The notes under the pieces were generated by a model. That model had not been told where the DNA came from and made no database searches. It was given only the letters and a program-made list of their open reading frames with translations. Position numbers and translations under genes: made by a program. Below are positions 19,792 to 28,779 of a stretch of 64,000 bases of DNA, piece after piece (positions within the stretch are counted from its first letter, which is position 1; every line of letters begins with the position of its first letter). Source of the stretch: Patescibacteria group bacterium (GTDB lineage Bacteria; Patescibacteriota; Patescibacteriia; Patescibacteriales; UBA12465); contig JBAZBP010000001.1 of the NCBI GenBank assembly GCA_041671365.1, positions 261,518 through 325,517 on the forward strand, given 5' to 3'.

Positions 19792-19812
19792 GCCCTAGTG
19801 TTTGTTCCTTTG

Positions 19813-19872
19813 TCCCTCGGATTCTTTGAACTTAGTCTAAAACTAAGCTCTTGGATTCCGAGGGATTTTTTT
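19813..19872 (+). terminator. rho-independent terminator (two-tier hairpin)
   Basis: TCCCTCGGATTC (19813-19824) pairs with GATTCCGAGGGA (19854-19865), with inner CTTAGT/ACTAAG pairing, followed by TTTTTTT. Confidence 0.7.
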
Positions 19873-19926
19873 ATTATGAAAGCATGGTTTTGCTTTGTCT
19901 GCCGACCAAGACTGTTGTAATTTATA

Positions 19927-19955
19927 TTGACATTAGTCAAAATTTACTCTATCTT
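19927..19955 (+). promoter_or_regulatory. promoter candidate for rpsB-tsf
   Basis: TTGACA (19927-19932), 17 nt, then TATCTT (19950-19955), about 145 nt upstream of the rpsB ATG. Confidence 0.45.
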
Positions 19956-20101
19956 TAATATAGAGGTTTAACCTCCGACCGCCGAGCGGTCATTTTATTA
20001 ATTATCATGCTCTCAGGGCCTTTTTGGCCATTATTTTTCTTCCTTGGTTTTCCGAGGCAGGAGGGCAGATGTAACAGGCTTTGGCCTTAAAAAGAAAAAA
20101 T

Positions 20102-20797
20102 ATGATTAACGTTCCTAGCGTGGAAGAGATGTTAAAAGCCGGTATGCATTTTGGCCATCGGACTAACCGTTGGCACCCCAAGATGAAGCAATTCATTTTT
20201 ACTTCTAAAAACGGCATTTACATTATTGATTTGCGCAAAACGCAAGAAAAATTACAAGAAGCTCTGGAATTTATGGCTAAATTAGTCGGTGAAGGAAAAA
20301 GCCTTCTTTTTGTCGGCACCAAGAGTCAAGTATCCGCTCCCTTAAAGAAAATGGCGGAAGAAACTCGCCAGTCCTACGTTGTCGGGAAATGGCTTGGTGG
20401 TTATCTTACTAATTTCGCTATCGTAAAAAAATCTGTCAAAAAATATTTAGATTTAATTGAAAAAAGAGAAACCGGAAAATTAGAAAAATATACTAAAAAA
20501 GAACGTTTAAATTTTGATCGGGAAATAAAAAAATTAGAAATGCGCGTCGGCGGTTTGTCTGCTTTGACTAAATTACCGGATGCTTTGTTTGTTTGGGATA
20601 TTAAAGAAGAAGAAACGGCAGTTAAAGAAGCGCGTCAGAAAAACATTCCCATTATCGCTATTTGCGACACTAACGTCAATCCGGAAGAAGTTAATTATCC
20701 GATTCCGGCCAACGATGATTCTACTAAAACTATTAAACTGGTTTTAGACGCAATAAAAAATGCGATTCTGGAGGGTCAGAAAAATCTTAAAAATTAA
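20102..20797 (+). CDS. rpsB: 30S ribosomal protein S2
   Basis: MLKAGMHFGHRTNRWHPKM, LFVGTK and ICDTNVNP motifs. Confidence 0.95.
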   Translation: MINVPSVEEMLKAGMHFGHRTNRWHPKMKQFIFTSKNGIYIIDLRKTQEKLQEALEFMAKLVGEGKSLLFVGTKSQVSAPLKKMAEETRQSYVVGKWLGGYLTNFAIVKKSVKKYLDLIEKRETGKLEKYTKKERLNFDREIKKLEMRVGGLSALTKLPDALFVWDIKEEETAVKEARQKNIPIIAICDTNVNPEEVNYPIPANDDSTKTIKLVLDAIKNAILEGQKNLKN

Positions 20798-20808
20798 GAA
20801 TTATTAAT

Positions 20809-21603
20809 ATGGAACTCATAAAACAATTACGCGAAATAACCGGGGCGGGCATGGTCGATTGTAAAACGGCTTTGATTGAAGCCGGCAATGATTTGACCAA
20901 GGCCGTGGAAATTTTGCGCAAGAAAGGAATTTTGAAGGCCGCTAAACGTACCGGTCGCGAGGCCAAAGAAGGCGTGGTGAAGGTGGCCGTTAACGCCGCT
21001 AAAACCGAAGCTTATATTTTAGAACTTAATTCTGAAACCGATTTTGTTTCGCGCAATGAAAAATTTGTTGCTTTAGCCGACGCTATTTTAGCGGTGATTA
21101 TCGCGCAAAAGCCGGCGACTTTAGAAGTCTTATTGTCTTTGGATTTAAACGGCGTTTCGGTGCAGGATGCCCTAGCTACTTTAAGCGGGACAATCGGTGA
21201 AAATTTGGCTATTAAACGCTTAGCCATTATTTCCGGAGCGACCGTAGCCGCTTATTCTCATTTAGGCGGTCGGCTTGGCGTCTTAGTCGCGCTTGATCAG
21301 CCTGATCAAGACATGTTGGCCGCGGACATTGCTATGCAAATAGCAGCGGCTAATCCTAAATATCTTTTACCGGCAGAAGTTGATCCGACGGAAATGGCGA
21401 AAGAACAGGAAATTTATAAAGAGCAGTTATTAAAAGAGGGTAAACCGGAGAATATGGTGGAAAAAATTGTGGCCGGCAAGATGGGCAAATATTATTCTGA
21501 AGTTTGCTTGATGGAACAAGAATATATTAAGGATGAAAAGAAGAAAGTTAAAGACATTTTAGGCGCGGTGAATATTTTAAAATTCGTGCGCTATTCTCTC
21601 TAG
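20809..21603 (+). CDS. tsf: elongation factor Ts
   Basis: IKQLREITGAGMVDCKTALIEAGNDLTKAVEILRKKG (UBA-like N-terminus); directly downstream of rpsB. Confidence 0.95.
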   Translation: MELIKQLREITGAGMVDCKTALIEAGNDLTKAVEILRKKGILKAAKRTGREAKEGVVKVAVNAAKTEAYILELNSETDFVSRNEKFVALADAILAVIIAQKPATLEVLLSLDLNGVSVQDALATLSGTIGENLAIKRLAIISGATVAAYSHLGGRLGVLVALDQPDQDMLAADIAMQIAAANPKYLLPAEVDPTEMAKEQEIYKEQLLKEGKPENMVEKIVAGKMGKYYSEVCLMEQEYIKDEKKKVKDILGAVNILKFVRYSL

Positions 21604-21619
21604 GCTCAATTAAATTATC

Positions 21620-22432
21620 ATGCTTATTGCTCAGGTCCAATTTATTTCTTGGGACAAGATTTATAATTTTTCCGTTGGCCAATTAACTCTGGCCGCCGGT
21701 GATTATGTAATTGTTAAAACTGAATTAGGCTTAGAGTTAGGTAAGATTGTAGCTTTAATTGAAGAAACCGAAGCCACGTCTATTAAAAAAGAACTAAAGC
21801 CGGTTATTAGAAAAGCATCCAATGATGATTTGTCTAAAATTCCGGAAGCATCCCAAAAGAAAGAAGCTCTGGAGTTTTGCCGGGAAATGATAAAAAAACA
21901 TAATTTATCCATGAAACTGGTTGATGTTCATTTTTCTTGGGAAGGCGGCCGCCTTAATTTCGCTTTCACGGCCGACGGCCGTGTTGATTTCCGCGATTTA
22001 GTTAAAGATTTATCCGGACATTTTAACGCCAGTATCCGCCTGACGCAAATCGGGACTCGGGATGAAGCTAAAATTACCGGTGATTGCGGTTCCTGCGGCC
22101 TGACTCTTTGCTGCCGGGGATGCTTGAAGGATTTCTGTTCTATTACTTCCGAAATGGCCGAAACTCAGCAGGTTGTCCATCGCGGCAGCGAGCGGATTTC
22201 CGGAATGTGCGGGCGCCTAAAATGCTGTTTGTCTTTTGAATATGAGGGTTATAAATTTTTGGCCGGACAACTACCGCCAATCGGAACTAAAGTTAACGCA
22301 GATGGTATTCGGGGAACTATTATTAATCATCATGTCTTAAAACAGACGGTTGATGTTCGGATTCCGGCCGAGCGAGTGGACGAGCGCGATACGATTATCG
22401 AAGTGGATATTAATCGCCATAAGAAAAAATAA
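21620..22432 (+). CDS. PSP1-domain protein (YaaT/RicT-like)
   Basis: AAGDYVIVKTELGLELGKIV N-terminus and the Cys-rich CGSCGLTLCCRGCL...GMCGRLKCCLSFE block typical of the PSP1 C-terminal domain. Confidence 0.8.
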   Translation: MLIAQVQFISWDKIYNFSVGQLTLAAGDYVIVKTELGLELGKIVALIEETEATSIKKELKPVIRKASNDDLSKIPEASQKKEALEFCREMIKKHNLSMKLVDVHFSWEGGRLNFAFTADGRVDFRDLVKDLSGHFNASIRLTQIGTRDEAKITGDCGSCGLTLCCRGCLKDFCSITSEMAETQQVVHRGSERISGMCGRLKCCLSFEYEGYKFLAGQLPPIGTKVNADGIRGTIINHHVLKQTVDVRIPAERVDERDTIIEVDINRHKKK

Positions 22433-22445
22433 TTATATTTTTATT

Positions 22446-22469
22446 AACCGCCTAAATGGCGGTTTTTTG
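22446..22469 (+). terminator. rho-independent terminator
   Basis: AACCGCC-TAAAT-GGCGGTT followed by TTTTT. Confidence 0.7.
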
Positions 22470-22501
22470 TTTTTAGTCGATTTTAATCTTTCACGGGGAT
22501 A

Positions 22502-22510
22502 TGTTATAAT
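22502..22510 (+). promoter_or_regulatory. extended -10 element (TGTTATAAT) upstream of gap
   Basis: Exact TGnTATAAT about 37 nt upstream of the gap start. Confidence 0.5.
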
Positions 22511-22546
22511 AACTACGTTAATAATTTAATTATTCTTAATATTAAT

Positions 22547-23557
22547 ATGAAAAAAATGAATATTGCGATTAACGGTTTTGGACGAATTGGTCGAGCCGTT
22601 CTTAAAATAATTTGGTGGCGTTTTCCAAATTTACACATCGTTGCCATTAACGACTTAACCGATCCGGCGACCTTAGCCCATCTCTTGAGCCATGATTCCT
22701 GCTATGGCTCCAGTCAACAAAAAATTAGCGCGACTAAAGATTCTTTAATTATCAATGGTCATAAAATTCCTGTTTTAGCGATTAAAGATCCGAGTATGCT
22801 TCCCTGGAAAGCTTTAAAAGTTGATGTTGTTTTAGAATGTACCGGTCGTTTTACCGATAAAGCCGGTTTAAGCTTGCATTTGCAAGCTGGCGCGAAAAAA
22901 GTCATTTTATCGGCACCGGCGAAAAAGGGCGGAGTTAAGACTATTGTACCGGGAGTGAATATGAATAAAGTAACGAAGTCAGATAATTTATTGAATTGCG
23001 CTTCTTGCACGACAAATTGTTTAGCACCGGTAACCAAGGTAATTAAAGACGCCTATGGTATTAAAAAAGCCTTGATGACGACGGTGCATTCTTATACCGC
23101 CGATCAGAATTTAGTGGACGGACCGCATAAAGATTTACGTCGAGCGAGGGCGGCCGCTATTAATATTATTCCGACAACGACCGGAGCGGCGATTGCCGCG
23201 ACCGAGACCATCCCGTCTTTAAGGAATAAATTTGACGGACTGGCAGTACGCGTTCCTACCCCGGTCGGTTCGTTATGCGATACGGTTTATTTATTAAAGA
23301 AAAAAACTACTACGGGGGCCGTTAATCAGGTTTTTAAAAAAATTGCGCGTGGAAAAATGAAAGGAATTATTGAAGCTTCCGACGAAGAACTTGTTTCCAG
23401 TGATGTTATCGGTAATGCTCACAGCGCCATTGTGGATTTGAAAAATACGCGAATTGTCGACGGTGATTTATTAAAAGTTATTTCTTGGTATGACAATGAG
23501 TGGGGCTATTCTAATCGTTTGGTGGAATTAGCTGATTATTTAAAAAAATTTATTTAA
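22547..23557 (+). CDS. gap: glyceraldehyde-3-phosphate dehydrogenase
   Basis: INGFGRIGR, SCTTNCLAP and WYDNEWGYS motifs. Confidence 0.95.
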   Translation: MKKMNIAINGFGRIGRAVLKIIWWRFPNLHIVAINDLTDPATLAHLLSHDSCYGSSQQKISATKDSLIINGHKIPVLAIKDPSMLPWKALKVDVVLECTGRFTDKAGLSLHLQAGAKKVILSAPAKKGGVKTIVPGVNMNKVTKSDNLLNCASCTTNCLAPVTKVIKDAYGIKKALMTTVHSYTADQNLVDGPHKDLRRARAAAINIIPTTTGAAIAATETIPSLRNKFDGLAVRVPTPVGSLCDTVYLLKKKTTTGAVNQVFKKIARGKMKGIIEASDEELVSSDVIGNAHSAIVDLKNTRIVDGDLLKVISWYDNEWGYSNRLVELADYLKKFI

Positions 23558-23598
23558 AAAGAAGAACTAATTATTTTTAATTTAATAAATAAAAATTT

Positions 23599-23698
23599 AG
23601 ATATTAGTAATTTTCTGGCTGCGGAACTCGCTCGCTCTCAATAATAAACTAACAGAGGCGAGCTCGGACAGTCCTCGCTGCAAAAATTCCTAATATCT
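23599..23698. repeat. ~100-nt nested inverted-repeat element (AT-rich outer stem, GC-rich core)
   Basis: AGATATTAGTAATTTT (23599-23614) pairs with AAAATTCCTAATATCT (23683-23698) with one mismatch. Inner pairing CGCTCGCTCT / AGAGGCGAGC and a GGACAGTCC hairpin. Confidence 0.5.
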
Positions 23699-23773
23699 GA
23701 ATTCTTATTATAATTAAAATTTGCGAAAGGCCCATAAGAAAAATATTATGGACTATTCCAAATTTAGAACATT

Positions 23774-24505
23774 ATGAAACTAACTGACAAAGTCGCGATA
23801 GTAACCGGCGCCGCTTCCGGTATCGGTCGCGCCATCGCTAATTTATTTGTAACCGAAGGAGCAATAGTTGTTTATACCGATTTGGCGCCCGGAGATTTAA
23901 AATTGGATGGGACGAGAGCGGTTTTTGTAAAATGTGATGTCGCCAAGAAAGAAGAAATGGTCGATTTAGTTAAAGGTACCGTCGCGAAATATGGTCGTTT
24001 GGATATTATGGTTAACAATGCCGGTATTGGTACCCTGGGCGGTGTTTTGGATGTTACCTATGAAGCCTGGGATAAAACTTTGGCCGTTAATTTGTCGGGA
24101 GTTTTTTATGGCGCACATTTAGCCGGGCTAGCGATGAAAGATTTAGGCATAAAAGGATCAATTATTAACATGAGTTCAATTTTAGGCAGCGTTGGTCTGG
24201 CCGGTTCGATTTCTTATTGCGTGTCTAAGGGCGGGGTGGTGCAATTAACCCATGCCGGCGCTTTGGATTTAGCGCCGCTGGGAATAAGGATGAACGCCAT
24301 TGCTCCGGGTTTTATCGAGACAAATATGACCAAGGGAATTCTCACCGATGATGGTTTTAATAATATGGTTAAAACCAATACGCCTCTTGGTCGGGTCGGA
24401 GAACCGGAAGATATTGCCCAAGCCGCTTTATATTTAGCCAGCGACGATTCTAAGTATGTTACCGGTACCGTAATTTATGTTGATGGCGGCTGGACAGCCA
24501 GATAA
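23774..24505 (+). CDS. short-chain dehydrogenase/reductase (FabG/glucose-dehydrogenase-like)
   Basis: TGAASGIGRA cofactor motif, NNAGI and the SxxxxxxxxxxxxYxxSK catalytic pattern (SSILG...YCVSKGG). Confidence 0.85.
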   Translation: MKLTDKVAIVTGAASGIGRAIANLFVTEGAIVVYTDLAPGDLKLDGTRAVFVKCDVAKKEEMVDLVKGTVAKYGRLDIMVNNAGIGTLGGVLDVTYEAWDKTLAVNLSGVFYGAHLAGLAMKDLGIKGSIINMSSILGSVGLAGSISYCVSKGGVVQLTHAGALDLAPLGIRMNAIAPGFIETNMTKGILTDDGFNNMVKTNTPLGRVGEPEDIAQAALYLASDDSKYVTGTVIYVDGGWTAR

Positions 24506-24513
24506 TTTTCCGT

Positions 24514-25539
24514 ATGATTAATTCGCGAAGTATTATAAAAAAAATAGAAGCCGCCGGCCTGGTCGGCCGGGGTGGCGCCTCATATTCGACTGCGCAGAAA
24601 TGGGCGGTGGTTAAGGCGGCTTTGAAAAATAAAAAATCCGGTTATATTATTTTGAACGGCGCCGAAGGCGAGCCGGGAGTTAAGAAGGACGGTTATATTA
24701 TAAATCATTATCCGGCTGAAGTGATTGCCGGTCTTTATTTGGCCGATCAGTTTTTAGGAACAGCCAAAATAAAAAAAGTTTATATTTTTTTAAATCAAGA
24801 ATATTATAAAAAATATTCTGCCGGACTAAAAGTAATTTTAGAGCGGCCAAAATATAAATTTTTAGAAGCCAAGACGGAATTTTTTGTAAAACCGGAACGT
24901 CTGGCTTATATTAGCGGGGAAGAAAGTGCCCTTTTAAATTTAATTGAGGGCAAAAAAGTAGAGCCGAGGTTAAAACCACCATTTCCGGCGGAAAGCGGTT
25001 TGTATGACCAGCCGACTTTGATTAATAACACTGAAACTTTTTATAACCTTAGTCTGGCCGTTAAAAATAAATATCGAGATACCAGATTTTATACCATTGA
25101 CGGTGCCGTTAAGCATTCCGGAGTTTATAATTTAGCGGCCAATTTAACCATTGAAGCAGTTTTACGCCAAACTAATAATTGGCCGACCAGTTTGTTTTTT
25201 GTCCAAGCGGGCGGAGCGGCGAGCGGGGAAGTTTTAAATTCTCACCAGTTAGAGCGTCCGGTGGAGGGAGCGGGGTCTATAAGAGTTTATGATTTATCTT
25301 CGACCGTGGGAAAGAAATTATTTCAGAGTTGGATTAAATTTTATCAGGAACAAAGTTGCGGTAAGTGTACCGCCTGTCGCGAAGGAACTTATCGTCTAGC
25401 AGAGCTTGTTAGCTCTCCGACTTATGACGACGGATTGTTTTGGGAAATCGTGGATAATTTAGCAGATTCCAGTTTTTGTGCTTTAGGTTCTTCGCTGCCG
25501 GAGGCGCTAAGAAGTTATGTAAATAATTTAAAAAAGTAA
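24514..25539 (+). CDS. NuoF/HydB-like NAD(P)H-binding flavoprotein subunit (short form)
   Basis: GRGGASYSTAQKW, NGAEGEPGVKKD, SCGKCTACREG and FCALG motifs (51-kDa subunit family). The stop overlaps the hydA start (TAATG at 25537-25541). Confidence 0.8.
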   Translation: MINSRSIIKKIEAAGLVGRGGASYSTAQKWAVVKAALKNKKSGYIILNGAEGEPGVKKDGYIINHYPAEVIAGLYLADQFLGTAKIKKVYIFLNQEYYKKYSAGLKVILERPKYKFLEAKTEFFVKPERLAYISGEESALLNLIEGKKVEPRLKPPFPAESGLYDQPTLINNTETFYNLSLAVKNKYRDTRFYTIDGAVKHSGVYNLAANLTIEAVLRQTNNWPTSLFFVQAGGAASGEVLNSHQLERPVEGAGSIRVYDLSSTVGKKLFQSWIKFYQEQSCGKCTACREGTYRLAELVSSPTYDDGLFWEIVDNLADSSFCALGSSLPEALRSYVNNLKK

Positions 25540-27290
25540 TGCAATTTAAGATTGATGATAAAATTGTCGAGGGTCGGGAGGGGCAAACCATTTTAGAAGT
25601 TGCTCGCGCTCAGGGAATTAATATTCCGTCTTTGTGTTACCATCCTGATTTGGATGTCAAAGCTAATTGTCGGGTTTGTTTAGTTGAGATTAAGGGTCGT
25701 CATAAATTAGTCACGGCCTGTTCCACACTTATTCAACCGGCCATGGAAGTTTATACAACCAGTCCTCGCGTCAGCGCGGCGCGGCGTTTAAATTTAGAAT
25801 TAATTATTGCTGAGCATACTAAAAAGTGCGGAGATTGCCTGATTTTGCCTGATTGTCAGTTATTGCAATTAGCTCAAGAATATCAAGTTAAAACTAATCG
25901 TTTAACCGAACGCAAGACTCTTCGTCAGACTTATCGTTTCGGTTCAGCCGTAGAGGTCGACGGCTCCCAATGTATTGACTGTCAAAATTGCGTGGAGGCT
26001 TGCGCTCGTCAAGGAATTAATTATTTAAAAATTAAAGGATCGGGCAGTAATCAGGAAGTTATGCCCAGCCGCGACTCGACGGCCGCTTGTGTTTATTGCG
26101 GACAGTGTACTCTGCATTGTCCGGTATCCGCCGCTCAGGAGCAAGTCGCTTGGCCGGAGGTGGAAAAAATATTAAAAGATAAAAGTAAGGTGGTCATCGC
26201 TCAATTTGCGCCTTCTATTCGGGTCAGCCTGGGGGAAGAATTCGGTTTGCCTTATGGTGAAAATTGCGAAGGCCAAATTATTACGGCTTTAAAAAAACTA
26301 GGATTTCAAGAAGTATTGGATGTTAATTTTGGAGCGGATATTACCACCATGGTTGAAGCCGAGGAATTGTTAGCGCGGCTTCGAGACAAGCGAGCCGCTT
26401 GGCCCATGATGACTTCCTGCTGTCCGTCCTGGGTTTCTTATGTGGAATTTTATCATCCGGAACTTATTCCTAATTTGACGACGGCGCGTTCTCCCCATAT
26501 TCATTTAGCCGGAGCGTTAAAAACCTATTGGGCTAAACAGCAGGGAATTAATGCGAAAAATATTGTGGTGGTTTCAATTATGCCTTGTACCGCTAAAAAA
26601 GAGGAAGCTCGGCGTCCGGAATTAAGCCTCAATGGTCAACCGTTAGTGGATTATGTTTTAACGACGCGTGAACTTGCGTATTTAATAAAAAAAGCCAAGA
26701 TAGATTTTAAAAATTTAGTTCCGAGCACCAATCAATCGTTGTTTAATAGTGGTTCGGGTGCAGCGGCAATTTATGGCGCTTCGGGCGGAGTAATGGAGTC
26801 GGCTCTGCGAACCGCAGTTTCTCTAGTTAATAAGGAAAGCCAGAATAAAATTTTTGATAATCGTTTAGAATTTACCGAAGTACGCGGCCTGCAGGGGTTT
26901 AAAGAGGCAAAAATTCAATTTCCCGGTCAACGTTTAAAAGTGGGCGTTATTAATGGTCTTAGTAATTTTTCCTTGCTTCTTCCTAAATTAAAAGACTATC
27001 ATTATATAGAAGTAATGGCTTGTCCCGGAGGCTGTATCGGCGGCGGCGGCCAACCTTTGCCGACCACCAAAGCTATCTGCGAAAAAAGAATCGCCGGTTT
27101 ATATAAGATTGATAAGAGTCGAATTATTCGACGCGCGCATGAAAACACGGCGATGCAAACCTATTATCAATGGGTTAAAGACAACCATTTGTCTTTTCAG
27201 CTTATTTATACTAAATTTAAGAAGAGTAACGGTTCGTTAGTAAAGAGTGTTGTTAATAAAAAATCGATTTTTACTCAGCTTTTTAAATAA
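25539..27290 (+). CDS. hydA: [FeFe]-hydrogenase catalytic subunit (2Fe-2S plus multiple 4Fe-4S N-terminal domains)
   Basis: H-cluster motifs MTSCCPSW, MPCTAKKEE and EVMACPGGCIGGGGQP. N-terminal CYHPDL..CRVCLVEI, HTKKCGDC..C, CIDCQNCVEAC and CVYCGQCTLHCP. Confidence 0.9.
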   Translation: MQFKIDDKIVEGREGQTILEVARAQGINIPSLCYHPDLDVKANCRVCLVEIKGRHKLVTACSTLIQPAMEVYTTSPRVSAARRLNLELIIAEHTKKCGDCLILPDCQLLQLAQEYQVKTNRLTERKTLRQTYRFGSAVEVDGSQCIDCQNCVEACARQGINYLKIKGSGSNQEVMPSRDSTAACVYCGQCTLHCPVSAAQEQVAWPEVEKILKDKSKVVIAQFAPSIRVSLGEEFGLPYGENCEGQIITALKKLGFQEVLDVNFGADITTMVEAEELLARLRDKRAAWPMMTSCCPSWVSYVEFYHPELIPNLTTARSPHIHLAGALKTYWAKQQGINAKNIVVVSIMPCTAKKEEARRPELSLNGQPLVDYVLTTRELAYLIKKAKIDFKNLVPSTNQSLFNSGSGAAAIYGASGGVMESALRTAVSLVNKESQNKIFDNRLEFTEVRGLQGFKEAKIQFPGQRLKVGVINGLSNFSLLLPKLKDYHYIEVMACPGGCIGGGGQPLPTTKAICEKRIAGLYKIDKSRIIRRAHENTAMQTYYQWVKDNHLSFQLIYTKFKKSNGSLVKSVVNKKSIFTQLFK

Positions 27291-28760
27291 ATGATTATAC
27301 CCGATTATATAAGAAAAATTGTTAAAGATTTACGAGCCGCCAATTACGAGGCCTATATTGTGGGTGGCTGCGTCCGTGATTTTTTGATGAATAAGGAACC
27401 GCAAGACTGGGATATAACTACCAATGCTCGGCCGGAACAAATTTTAGAGGTTTTTTCCGGAGCTAAATATGAAAATGAATTTGGTACGGTTTTGTATCCG
27501 ATTCGTCATCAAGCCAACAATCGGGAAACGGCCGATAAACCTTCAGAAACATTAATAGACGTAGTGGAAATTACGACTTATCGCAGCGAGCAAAATTATG
27601 TCGATCGGCGCCATCCGGAAATTGTCCGATTTGAAACGGAATTAGACAAAGATTTAGAGCGTCGGGATTTTACGATTAATGCTCTCGCTCTTGATCCGGA
27701 AAAACCGGAAGAAATTATTGATTTATTTGGCGGCCGGAAAGATTTGAAATTAAAGATAATTCGGGCGGTCGGCGAGCCGAGCGATCGCTTTAAAGAAGAC
27801 GCCTTAAGAATGTTGCGGGCGGTTCGTTTTAGCGCTCAGCTTGGTTTTGAATTAGAACCAAAAACGCAACGAGCTATTTTTAAACTAGCCGGCAGCCTAA
27901 AATTTATTTCGCCGGAAAGAATTCGGGATGAATTAATTAAAATTCTTTCTTCATCCCGGCCCAGTGAGGGGATTCTATTACTTCATGATACTAAATTATT
28001 GCAATATATTTTGCCGGAACTGGAGCAAGGGGTCGACGTTAAACAGGATCGCCATCATATTTATCCCGTATTTAAACATAACATTTTAGCTTTAAAATAT
28101 TGTCCGAGTTCAGGGTGGCCGGTGCGTTTAGCGGCTTTACTCCATGACGTCGCCAAACCAAAAACTCGTAAGATAATTAAAGGAATAGCCACGTTTTATA
28201 ATCATGAATACTTGGGCGCGAAAATGACGGAGCGCATTATGAGTCGTTTAAAATTTTCCAATGAAGACCGTGGGCGCGTTGTTAATCTGGTAAAAAATCA
28301 CATGTTTTATTATAATGTCGGTGAAGTTACGGCCGCCTCCGTTCGCCGTTTGATAGTTAAAACCGGGAAAGATAATTTACAAGATTTAATCCATTTGCGA
28401 GTGGCCGATCGTCTAGGTTCGGGAACGCCCAAGGCCATGCCTTATAAATTACGCCATTTGCAGTATATGTTGGAAAGCGTACAAAATGACCCGGTTTCCG
28501 TTAAGATGTTAAAGATTAATGGCCATGATTTGATGTCTGCCCTTAAATTAGAGCCCGGACCGAAGATTGGTGCTGTTTTAGACGTATTATTAGCCGAGGT
28601 GATAGAAGACCCGGAACGGAATACAATCGAACAACTTATGCCGGCCGCTAAAAAATTAGCGGAACTTGATTTAGCTGAATTGCGTCATCGCGCTAAAAAT
28701 ATTATCGCCGATAAGCGCGTCGAAGAAGACAAAAAAATTAAAAAACAATTTAAAGTTTAA
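27291..28760 (+). CDS. cca: CCA-adding tRNA nucleotidyltransferase with HD domain
   Basis: YIVGGCVRDFLMNKEPQDWDITT, RDFTINALA and LLHDVAKP motifs. Confidence 0.85.
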   Translation: MIIPDYIRKIVKDLRAANYEAYIVGGCVRDFLMNKEPQDWDITTNARPEQILEVFSGAKYENEFGTVLYPIRHQANNRETADKPSETLIDVVEITTYRSEQNYVDRRHPEIVRFETELDKDLERRDFTINALALDPEKPEEIIDLFGGRKDLKLKIIRAVGEPSDRFKEDALRMLRAVRFSAQLGFELEPKTQRAIFKLAGSLKFISPERIRDELIKILSSSRPSEGILLLHDTKLLQYILPELEQGVDVKQDRHHIYPVFKHNILALKYCPSSGWPVRLAALLHDVAKPKTRKIIKGIATFYNHEYLGAKMTERIMSRLKFSNEDRGRVVNLVKNHMFYYNVGEVTAASVRRLIVKTGKDNLQDLIHLRVADRLGSGTPKAMPYKLRHLQYMLESVQNDPVSVKMLKINGHDLMSALKLEPGPKIGAVLDVLLAEVIEDPERNTIEQLMPAAKKLAELDLAELRHRAKNIIADKRVEEDKKIKKQFKV

Positions 28761-28779
28761 TAATTAATTCGATAAAATT

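Noticed and set aside
20005-20217. 70-aa minus-strand ORF across the rpsB start region.
   Set aside because: It is antisense to the rpsB 5' end and leader, whereas rpsB is unambiguous.
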